Source: Henriciella sp. (GTDB lineage Bacteria; Pseudomonadota; Alphaproteobacteria; Caulobacterales; Hyphomonadaceae). From it: DNA of 64,000 bases. The stretch is taken from NCBI GenBank assembly GCA_013214545.1, contig JABSQB010000003.1, positions 37,236 through 101,235 on the forward strand, in the 5' to 3' direction. The position numbers and the translations under genes were made by a program. Within the stretch, counting starts at the first letter, position 1; each line of letters starts with the position of its first letter. Positions 57,108-64,000 of the stretch are shown piece by piece. A model generated the notes under the pieces. It searched no databases. It worked only from the letters and a program-made list of their open reading frames with translations, and had not been told where the DNA came from.

Positions 57108-58333
57108 ACCTCGACTTCGAGGCGCTCGATTCCGCGAAAGAAAGGTAAGGATCGCCAGACGATATCCTGATCCGAGAGCGTCATGTTCGGATAGCGCTCG
57201 AACAATTTCTGGTAGACCCGCCGGGCTTCAATCCGCGCCAAAGGCGCGCCGATGCAGATATGCGCGCCGCCCCCAAACGAGACATGCGACGAGCGTTTGA
57301 CCGTGATATCGAACGCTTCGGGTGCCTCAAATTTCTCTGGGTCCCGGTTGGCCGCGGCGAGCGACATGAAAACCGGCTGGCTTTTCTTCATCGGGCAACC
57401 CGCAACTTCGCGGTCTTCGGACACAATCCGGGAGGTCGCCTGCACCGGCGCCTCATAGCGCAGCACCTCTTCGACCGCCGCCGCGCCCAAAGAGGAGTCT
57501 GCTTTCAGTGCCGCGAGCTGGTTCGGATGATTGAGGAACAACCAGACACCATTGCCGATCAGATCCGTCGTTGTGAGATTGCCGCCAACCAGCAGCGCCT
57601 GCAAATTCACGCGCAGCTCTTCATCATCAAAATCGCCGCCATCTGCTTGGGCCTGAACCATATCACTGATCAGATCATCCCGCGGATCTGCCCGGCGCGC
57701 TTCCATAAGCTCAGTAAAATAGGCGTTCAGCTTCTCGCTACTGGCCTCCAGATAGGCAGTCTCTTCTTCATTGCGCATCGGATTGAGGCCGAGGATCACC
57801 CCCTCCGACCAGTCGCGGAATTCGTCCAACCGGCTTTCGTCAACGCCAAGGATATGGGCAATGATCAGGATCGGGATCGGGACCGCGATATGCTCCATCA
57901 GATCGAACCGGCCTGAGGCAGGCGCCGCATCAATGACCTTGTCGATCATGGATTCAATCTCCGGCTCCATCTTCTTGATCCGGGCATAGAAGGCTTTGAC
58001 CAGCGGCAAACGATTGCGCGAATGGTCCGGATCATCTTGGAAAAGAATACTGGAGCGACGGCCATTCGGGTCGTCCGGATCGGCCAACATGCGCGACATA
58101 GAGCCTTCTTCCGCCTTGCTCGGCTGGCGCACAAAAGTGCGGTCATTGACCGTCGCGCGGATGTCGTCATAGCGGGTCAGCAGCCAGGTCTTCACCGCCT
58201 CGTCACGAAGGACCGGACATGTCTCGCGCAGCGCCTTGAGACGCGGGTGCGGATTGTCGCGCGCCTCTGGATCAAAGGCTGAGATTTGAACAATGCTGGT
58301 CGGCGCATCAATCGTGTCTGACTTGTCGCTCAT
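57104..58333 (-). CDS. Cytochrome P450
   Basis: FGGGAHICIGAPLAR heme-thiolate loop, EEVLRY (ExxR), GGNLTT I-helix. Confidence 0.92.
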   Translation of the reverse strand: MSDKSDTIDAPTSIVQISAFDPEARDNPHPRLKALRETCPVLRDEAVKTWLLTRYDDIRATVNDRTFVRQPSKAEEGSMSRMLADPDDPNGRRSSILFQDDPDHSRNRLPLVKAFYARIKKMEPEIESMIDKVIDAAPASGRFDLMEHIAVPIPILIIAHILGVDESRLDEFRDWSEGVILGLNPMRNEEETAYLEASSEKLNAYFTELMEARRADPRDDLISDMVQAQADGGDFDDEELRVNLQALLVGGNLTTTDLIGNGVWLFLNHPNQLAALKADSSLGAAAVEEVLRYEAPVQATSRIVSEDREVAGCPMKKSQPVFMSLAAANRDPEKFEAPEAFDITVKRSSHVSFGGGAHICIGAPLARIEARRVYQKLFERYPNMTLSDQDIVWRSLPFFRGIERLEVEV

Positions 58334-58450
58334 GGGTCATTCCTCCGGTGACCTTATGAACGGATGCGGGCGCTGAGCCTCTGTTTCTTCACCCGTCCAT
58401 TCCGTCAGACTGTAGCGAAAAAGCCTGCCCTCGCACAGATTGTCGTCAGG

Positions 58451-59221
58451 TCACCCTGCTTTTGCGAGCTCAATCGAGCGCGCCTCCAGCTCAGACATTG
58501 CGGCACCAAATTCCTGCGCCAGCTTGGCCACAGCACGAGTTTCGGCCTTGTCTGCATAGGTTTGCCCGGTGGAACGATCGGATATCACCCGGCTCACGCC
58601 GCTTTTTTCAGCATGCATCGTCAGGGTCGCATAAGGATACCCGGTGCGAACATCGAGCATCAGTCCGCTGGCAGAAGCTTCCACTTCAATGCTTCGGCTC
58701 GGCAAGACAAACATGCCAATGATCGTCAGGTCGGCGAGCGCCAGCGCATTCGCCTTCTCTTCCCGGCTGGAGCCAACCTCATAAGTCAGCACATAATCGA
58801 GATGCTGACGTGCTGCGCCGCGCCGGATGTGGGCGATGACCGCGGCTGCATTGCTCGTCCGCCGCGTTGGCGGCGCGCTCACCATTGACGCGATCATCGG
58901 GCTGACCGGGACAAACTCATCATAGGTGCCGCCCATATCTTCCAACTGGTCCTGCCAGATCCTGGCTTCGTCCGCCGGCAAAGCCGTCAGTACGCCATTC
59001 TCAATCCGGGCGAGGCCGATCCGCGCCGGAAAAGCGAGCGTCGGTTCAATCGCGGCAATGCGCCGGACGTCTTCGTCGACCTCGGACAGCGTGCCGTGAC
59101 CATATTCATGACTGGCATCGTAGCGCGCCAGATAGTCAGCGCCTGAGCTGGTTTGCAGACTGGTCTCGCACCCGACGAGCACGATCATCGCCGTCGCCGC
59201 GGCCATCAGTTTAAGTTTCAT
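58451..59221 (-). CDS. Hypothetical lipoprotein
   Basis: ATG 59221 is preceded by AAGGAG. MKLKLMAAATAMIVLVGC carries a lipobox. The longer ORF (to 59449) would overlap the BVMO gene. I recognise no family. Confidence 0.55.
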   Translation of the reverse strand: MKLKLMAAATAMIVLVGCETSLQTSSGADYLARYDASHEYGHGTLSEVDEDVRRIAAIEPTLAFPARIGLARIENGVLTALPADEARIWQDQLEDMGGTYDEFVPVSPMIASMVSAPPTRRTSNAAAVIAHIRRGAARQHLDYVLTYEVGSSREEKANALALADLTIIGMFVLPSRSIEVEASASGLMLDVRTGYPYATLTMHAEKSGVSRVISDRSTGQTYADKAETRAVAKLAQEFGAAMSELEARSIELAKAG

Positions 59222-59366
59222 TGGAGTCTCCTTCTTCCCCTCGACCCTTGCAGTGAGCGTTTGCTTACAAATACGGCGAAATCCGGAACCCCTTATGTTG
59301 TCTTCGGGGCAATCCTTGGCTTCCGTTCGGGAAAGACTGAAAAAGTGTCGGTAACAGGAGATCTCC

Positions 59367-61160
59367 ATGACCACGGCCACACTCGACAAAGACGCCTTGA
59401 AACAAAAATATGCCGAAGAGCGCGACAAACGCCTGCGCGCTGAGGGCAATGCGCAGTATCAGCGCCTGGAGGGCAAGTTTGAGGATCTCGCCGCCGATCC
59501 CTACACGCCCTGGATTGAGCGCGAGCCCGTTACCGACCATGTCACGTTCGCCTTCATCGGTGGCGGCTTTGCGGGCCTGGTCGTTGGCGCGCGCCTCAAG
59601 CAAGCCGGCATAGACAGCGTTCGCATCATCGAGAAAGGCGGCGATTTTGGCGGCACCTGGTATTGGAACCGCTACCCAGGTGCGCAGTGCGATACCGCGG
59701 CGATGATCTATCTGCCTTTGCTCGAAGAAACCGGGCATATGCCGAGCCAGAAATATGTCTATGCGCCCGAAATCCGGGACCATTGCGGCAATATCGGCAA
59801 GCAGTTCGACCTTTATGAAGACGCGCTGTTTCATACGGAAGTCACGGCGCTGGAATGGCAGGCAGACGACGCGCGCTGGTTGATAAAGACCTCACGCGGG
59901 GATGCCTTCACGGCCAAATATGTCGGCATGGGTACTGGCCCGCTGCACGTCGCCAAGCTGCCGGGAATTGACGGGATCGAGACGTTCAAAGGCAAGTCCT
60001 TCCACACCAGTCGCTGGGACTATGCCTATACGGGCGGCAGCCCGGACGGGGACCCCATGGACAAGCTGAAAGACAAGCGGGTAGCGATCATTGGTACCGG
60101 CGCCACGTCTGTCCAATGCGTGCCGCATCTCGCCAAATCGGCCAAGGAACTGCTCGTATTCCAGCGCACGCCCTCCTCCGTCGACGTGCGTGACAATCAT
60201 CCGATCGACGCAGAATGGTTCGACTCGATTGCAACGCCCGGCTGGCAAAAGCGCTGGTACGACAATTTTGTCGACAACCAGTCCCAGGGATTCCCGGAAG
60301 AAGACTATGTCATGGATGGCTGGACCGAACTGTCCCGGCGCATTCGCGAGAAAGTCCGCCAGATGCCAATGGAGAAATGGACCCCGGAAGGCATGCTGCA
60401 GGCGTTCGAAGATGCCGATTTCGAGAAAATGGAAGAAATCCGCCAGCGCTGTAATGATGTGGTCAGTGACCAAGACACCGCCGAGAAGCTGAAGGCCTGG
60501 TATCGCCAACTGTGCAAACGGCCCTGCTTCCACGACGAATATTTGCAGGCTTTCAATGAGCCCGGCACCCGCCTGATCCATACGGATGGTCAGGGCGTCG
60601 AGAAGATCACCGAAACTGGCCTCGTCGCCAATGGCGAGCATTACGACGTCGACTGCATCATCTACGCCTCCGGTTTCGAGGTTGGGTCAGATTATACAGA
60701 ACGGGCAGGATTTGACCTGACCGGTCGTGACGGTGTGAAACTTTCAGAAGCCTGGTCGGACGGAATGCAGACCCTGCATGGCCTGCACGTCAACGGGTTC
60801 CCTAATGCCTTCATTGTCCAGCCAAGTCAGGCGGCGAACCTGATTTCAAACGTCCCGCACAATATTGTCGACCATGCCGACACGATTGCCGCTGTGGTTG
60901 GCCATGCCGAGCGCGAAGGCTTTCGGACGGTTGAACCGGATCCTGCCGCTCAGGAGGCCTGGGTGAACCTCGTCCTGTCCGGGCAAGGCATGCTGATCGG
61001 GAACACTGAATGCACACCGGGCTACTATAATAATGAAGGCGCTGGCCTGACCGACAAGAACCGGCATCAGCTCGGCCATCCGGCAGGCGCTAAGGCCTTT
61101 TTCCACCATATTGCGGCATGGCGGGAAAAAGGCACTTATGATGGATTGACCTTCTCCTGA
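59367..61160 (+). CDS. Type I Baeyer-Villiger (flavin-containing, NADPH-dependent) monooxygenase
   Basis: GGGFAG FAD motif, GGTWYWNRYPGAQCD, BVMO fingerprint FKGKSFHTSRWD, and a second Rossmann motif GTGATS. Confidence 0.9.
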   Translation: MTTATLDKDALKQKYAEERDKRLRAEGNAQYQRLEGKFEDLAADPYTPWIEREPVTDHVTFAFIGGGFAGLVVGARLKQAGIDSVRIIEKGGDFGGTWYWNRYPGAQCDTAAMIYLPLLEETGHMPSQKYVYAPEIRDHCGNIGKQFDLYEDALFHTEVTALEWQADDARWLIKTSRGDAFTAKYVGMGTGPLHVAKLPGIDGIETFKGKSFHTSRWDYAYTGGSPDGDPMDKLKDKRVAIIGTGATSVQCVPHLAKSAKELLVFQRTPSSVDVRDNHPIDAEWFDSIATPGWQKRWYDNFVDNQSQGFPEEDYVMDGWTELSRRIREKVRQMPMEKWTPEGMLQAFEDADFEKMEEIRQRCNDVVSDQDTAEKLKAWYRQLCKRPCFHDEYLQAFNEPGTRLIHTDGQGVEKITETGLVANGEHYDVDCIIYASGFEVGSDYTERAGFDLTGRDGVKLSEAWSDGMQTLHGLHVNGFPNAFIVQPSQAANLISNVPHNIVDHADTIAAVVGHAEREGFRTVEPDPAAQEAWVNLVLSGQGMLIGNTECTPGYYNNEGAGLTDKNRHQLGHPAGAKAFFHHIAAWREKGTYDGLTFS

Positions 61161-61182
61161 CGCAAATTGGAGGGCCGTCCGC

Positions 61183-62031
61183 ATGGACCTGAAAACGACG
61201 CTTTTTGCGGTAGAGGATAGGATTGCGACGATCACGCTCAATCGTCCGCATCGTGGCAATGCTTGGACCGGGCGCATGCACACCGAATATCGCTATTTGC
61301 TAGATCAGGCAGACAAAGATCCTGGCGTCGGCGTGATTATCCTTACCGGCAGCGGTGAGCGGTTTTGCGTCGGCGGCGATTCCCAAGCCCTGGACGGGCA
61401 TTCCAAGAAAGGCAGCTACGACGCCGGCACACCCGCCGACATTGTCACGCCTGGCAGCGATGAATTTGCCCCGTTTGCGGAGGATTTCGCTTATCAATTC
61501 GCGTTGTCAAAGCCAGTCATTGCGGCGATCAATGGCGCAGCCGCCGGGGTCGGCCTTGTCATGGCCTGCTACGCCGATATTCGATTTGCCGTTCCGGGCG
61601 CCAAGCTGACAACTGCGCATGGCCCACTCAATCTACCTGCTGAATATGGCCTGTCCTGGCTGCTACCGCGCTTGATTGGCGGCGCGCGGGCGCTTGAGCT
61701 GCTCTTGTCGAGCCGCAAATTCCTGACCGATGAAGCGCATCAGATCGGCCTGATCCATCGCCTGGTGGCGCCCCAGGACCTGCTCAAGGAAACCCGTGCT
61801 TATGCCGCCGACATGATTGCCCGCGTCTCGCCAGAGGCGCTGCGCCAGTCGCGGCGCCAGACCTATCTCGACTTCCACCGCGATGTCGGTGCATCCGTGC
61901 GTGAGGCCAATGCCTTGCTGTCGGCGATGGTGAAACAGTCAGACTATAAGGAGGCCATTCGCGCATTCATTGAAAAGCGCCCGGCAAACTGGGGCGAAGG
62001 CGAACCCGCCTCGCCGATAAAGTCTGAGTAA
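61183..62031 (+). CDS. Enoyl-CoA hydratase/isomerase family protein
   Basis: Crotonase fold (FCVGGD, NGAAAGVGLV). Confidence 0.85.
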   Translation: MDLKTTLFAVEDRIATITLNRPHRGNAWTGRMHTEYRYLLDQADKDPGVGVIILTGSGERFCVGGDSQALDGHSKKGSYDAGTPADIVTPGSDEFAPFAEDFAYQFALSKPVIAAINGAAAGVGLVMACYADIRFAVPGAKLTTAHGPLNLPAEYGLSWLLPRLIGGARALELLLSSRKFLTDEAHQIGLIHRLVAPQDLLKETRAYAADMIARVSPEALRQSRRQTYLDFHRDVGASVREANALLSAMVKQSDYKEAIRAFIEKRPANWGEGEPASPIKSE

Positions 62032-62274
62032 GCCGCGCAATTTCGCCTATCGCGATAGATTCACCACAATTTTGAGACTCTCGGATAATTTGTTTTGCGT
62101 TCAAGCCTGTATGTTGTCTGAGGTGGCACGCGGAGGCAGAAGGTTCGAATCGAGCTGAAGACTCTGGGGACCAAGTACTAATGCTGCGGTGGGTAGGAAC
62201 CAGCCGAAGCAGACGCATGAACTGGGACACAACCCAGAGGACTCAATCAAGGGGACACGAGCGGGGCACCTGCC

Positions 62275-62472
62275 GTGGCAACGAATTTCAACCTGACCGA
62301 ATCCATCCGTATGGGTGAGAGACGGGCTTTTCATCACCAAAATGCCAGCCGAATTGAGGTCATAGACGAAGAGGACCTCCCTTTCCTATCGGAACGGGGC
62401 ATGATCCTGATTGCCTGTTTCGTCTTCTGCTCCTTGGTGTGGAGCACCATTGTTCTGTGGCTATTCGGATAG
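62275..62472 (+). CDS. Possible small membrane protein (very uncertain)
   Basis: 65-aa ORF with a GTG start and a C-terminal hydrophobic helix (MILIACFVFCSLVWSTIVLWLFG), inside a 515-bp lower-GC intergenic region. It uses rare codons and has no clear Shine-Dalgarno. Confidence 0.2.
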   Translation: MATNFNLTESIRMGERRAFHHQNASRIEVIDEEDLPFLSERGMILIACFVFCSLVWSTIVLWLFG

Positions 62473-62546
62473 ATCGTCGCCTGCCGACGTGAACAAAACA
62501 CGAAAACAGCAAGACGTTTTTAACCATACGCGCTAATACAACTCGT

Positions 62547-63053
62547 ATGAGCGAAGCGATTCGAATTCTCGGCATTGACCCGGGACTGCGTCATACCGGC
62601 TGGGGCGTGATCGACCTGGTCGGCTCTCGGCTGAGCCATGTCGGCCATGGTGTGATCAATATCGATCCCGACTTGCCGATGGCTGACCGCCTGGCTGGAA
62701 TATTTTATGCCGTGGGTGAACTGGTCAAAACCCACACGCCGGATCATGCCGGGTGCGAAGAGACCATCGTCAATGCCAACCCGCGCTCGGCGCTGAAGCT
62801 TGGTCAGGCGCGCGGCGCAGCGATGACGTCCTTGTCGTTTCATGGACTGGAAGTCTCCGAATTTGCCCCCACCGCCATCAAGCGCGCGATTGTCGGCACC
62901 GGCAAAGCCGACAAGGACCAGGTCCAGTTCATGATCGCTCGCCTTCTGCCGCGCGCGGGCGACATGAAAGCCGACGCCGCCGACGCGCTCGCTTGCGCCA
63001 TCTGTACGGCGCACAATCTGCCGCCGAAGCAACTCAAAGGGGCCGCCGCATGA
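62547..63053 (+). CDS. ruvC: Crossover junction endodeoxyribonuclease RuvC
   Basis: IRILGIDPGLRHTGWGVI and the rest of the RNase H-like fold; 168 aa. Confidence 0.95.
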   Translation: MSEAIRILGIDPGLRHTGWGVIDLVGSRLSHVGHGVINIDPDLPMADRLAGIFYAVGELVKTHTPDHAGCEETIVNANPRSALKLGQARGAAMTSLSFHGLEVSEFAPTAIKRAIVGTGKADKDQVQFMIARLLPRAGDMKADAADALACAICTAHNLPPKQLKGAAA

Positions 63054-63673
63054 TTATCGGACGTCTGCGCGGAACCGTCGCTGCGCTCGGGACAGACTCT
63101 GTCATGGTCGACGTGAATGGCGTCGGCTACGTCGCCCTGGCCGGCACGCGCCTGCTTTCCCGTCTGACGGTCGGCGCCGAAGCGGAGATTTTCATAGAAA
63201 CCCGCGTCACCGACAACTCGATCACGCTTTTTGGTTTTGCGACGGACGAAGAGCGCGCCTGGTTTGTCCGCCTGCAGGACGTTCCCGGCGTGGCCGGAAA
63301 GTCGGCCATGGCGATCATGGACGCGATCAGCGCCAGCGAACTCATGGACGCTTTGGCACTCGGTGATGCCACCACGATCACGCGCGCCAAAGGCGTCGGC
63401 AAGAAACTTGCCGAGCGCATCATTGGCGAACTCTCCGGCAAGCCGCCACCAATGGGCCGGTTCGGCAAATTCGTCGCCGATCCTGCCGGAAGCGTTGCCG
63501 CAGCATCCGAGCTTAAAACCGGGGCGCGGGGCGAAGCTGTTTCGGCCCTGGTCAATCTCGGCTATTCGCAATCCGAAGCGGCCCGCGCCGTCGCCGCTGG
63601 CGCCCGCGAAGCACCAGACGCGGACACCGGCACGCTGATCAAAGCCGCGCTGAAAGAGCTTAGCCCGGCATGA
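63050..63673 (+). CDS. ruvA: Holliday junction branch migration complex subunit RuvA
   Basis: [10 protein letters not shown]...VDVNGVGY with HhH motifs. ATGA overlap with the ruvC stop. The tracked ORF (62753..) is only an in-frame upstream extension. Confidence 0.92.
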   Translation: MIIGRLRGTVAALGTDSVMVDVNGVGYVALAGTRLLSRLTVGAEAEIFIETRVTDNSITLFGFATDEERAWFVRLQDVPGVAGKSAMAIMDAISASELMDALALGDATTITRAKGVGKKLAERIIGELSGKPPPMGRFGKFVADPAGSVAAASELKTGARGEAVSALVNLGYSQSEAARAVAAGAREAPDADTGTLIKAALKELSPA

Positions 63674-64000
63674 GAGACGGCACGCTCACCGATCCTGAGA
63701 TGCAGGCCGGCGAAGCGCTTGACCGGGCGCTGCGGCCGCAGAGCTTTGACGATTATGTCGGCCAGGATGAAATCAAGTCGAACTTGCGCGTCTATGTCGA
63801 AGCGGCCCGTCGGCGCGGCGAAGCGCTCGACCACACGCTGCTCTTTGGCCCACCCGGGCTAGGTAAGACGACACTGGCGCAGATCCTTGCGAAAGAGCTT
63901 GGGGTTGGCTTCCGCGCGACGTCCGGCCCGGTCATTGCCAAGGCCGGTGACCTGGTCGCAATCCTGACCAATCTTGAAGCCAATGACGTACTGTTCATTG
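63670..64000 (+). CDS. ruvB: Holliday junction DNA helicase RuvB (5' part, truncated by the window end)
   Basis: My own translation from ATG 63670 gives [70 protein letters not shown] (Walker A). ATGA overlap with the ruvA stop. Confidence 0.9.
   Translation, partial: MRDGTLTDPEMQAGEALDRALRPQSFDDYVGQDEIKSNLRVYVEAARRRGEALDHTLLFGPPGLGKTTLAQILAKELGVGFRATSGPVIAKAGDLVAILTNLEANDVLFI

Noticed and set aside
62141-62150. GGTTCGAATC, which resembles a tRNA T-loop.
   Set aside because: The flanking pentamers (GAAGG / CGAGC) cannot form a T-stem. No acceptor stem, D-arm or anticodon arm can be drawn on either strand.
62032-62546. Two-piece (permuted) alphaproteobacterial tmRNA in the large intergenic region.
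   Set aside because: There is no tag reading frame of the ANDN(F/Y)AE... type ending in AA-stop, and no T-arm followed by an acceptor strand and CCA. A GGGGACCA string occurs only by chance.
62753-63049. 306-aa ORF suggesting a long RuvA overlapping ruvC.
   Set aside because: RuvA homology begins at MIIGRLRG (ATG 63050, ATGA overlap with the ruvC stop). The upstream part is an Arg-rich out-of-frame read of ruvC.
1-64000. Search by eye for CRISPR repeats, IS or transposase genes, integrases, phage genes, toxin-antitoxin pairs, known defence genes, rRNA and tRNA.
   Set aside because: None found. Every gap over 75 bp was inspected. ORFs of plausible length are all assigned to housekeeping or metabolic families or listed as hypothetical.

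Overview
High-GC alphaproteobacterial chromosome, Caulobacterales/Hyphomonadaceae-like (GcrA, GapR/DUF2312, MmcB, ELM1-family protein, GANTC- and TTAACC-type motifs). The window is almost entirely core genome. I saw no rRNA, tRNA, CRISPR array, IS element, integrase, prophage or recognisable defence module. Gene content in order: (1) greA and an ELM1-family protein. (2) A division/cell-wall (dcw) cluster on the minus strand, 1.7-23.2 kb: lpxC, ftsZ, ftsA, ftsQ, murB, murC, murG, ftsW, murD, mraY, murE, ftsI, ftsL, rsmH, mraZ. (3) trkH, then proA-nadD-(mini-asparaginase)-rsfS-rlmH. (4) A nucleoid/repair neighbourhood: gapR, msrB, mmcB. (5) Housekeeping and stress genes: BI-1, an aldo/keto reductase, DUF2853, thpR, egtBD, SDRs, a TorF-like porin, and a TetR-CMD-VOC operon. 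(6) gcrA, an ABC-2 permease, uup, cysD-cysNC. (7) A metabolic stretch, 47-62 kb: oxidoreductase, alpha/beta hydrolase, enoyl-CoA hydratases, serine hydrolase, metA behind a SAM-II-like leader, three GNATs, an acyl-CoA dehydrogenase, a P450 and a Baeyer-Villiger monooxygenase. (8) ruvCAB, with ruvB truncated by the window end. Main observations: (a) The dcw cluster is remodelled. murF and ddl, the two D-Ala-D-Ala steps, are missing from their canonical slots. murF is replaced by a ~416-bp non-coding spacer and ddl by an opposite-strand TonB-dependent receptor. Three lineage-specific ORFs are inserted, one overlapping the murG stop codon. (b) A perfect alphaproteobacterial SOS box sits in front of mmcB. 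mmcB is followed by an uncharacterised 144-aa gene ending in a beta-clamp-binding-like QMDLF motif. (c) Candidate regulatory elements: 10-bp-phased TGGGN repeats upstream of mraZ, a SAM-II-like leader, several perfect palindromes, and a GANTC-dense region upstream of ruvC. (d) rsfS has no canonical in-frame start codon. I found no clear multi-gene novel system; (a) and (b) are the best candidates. All calls rest on motif recognition by eye; no database search or computation was run.
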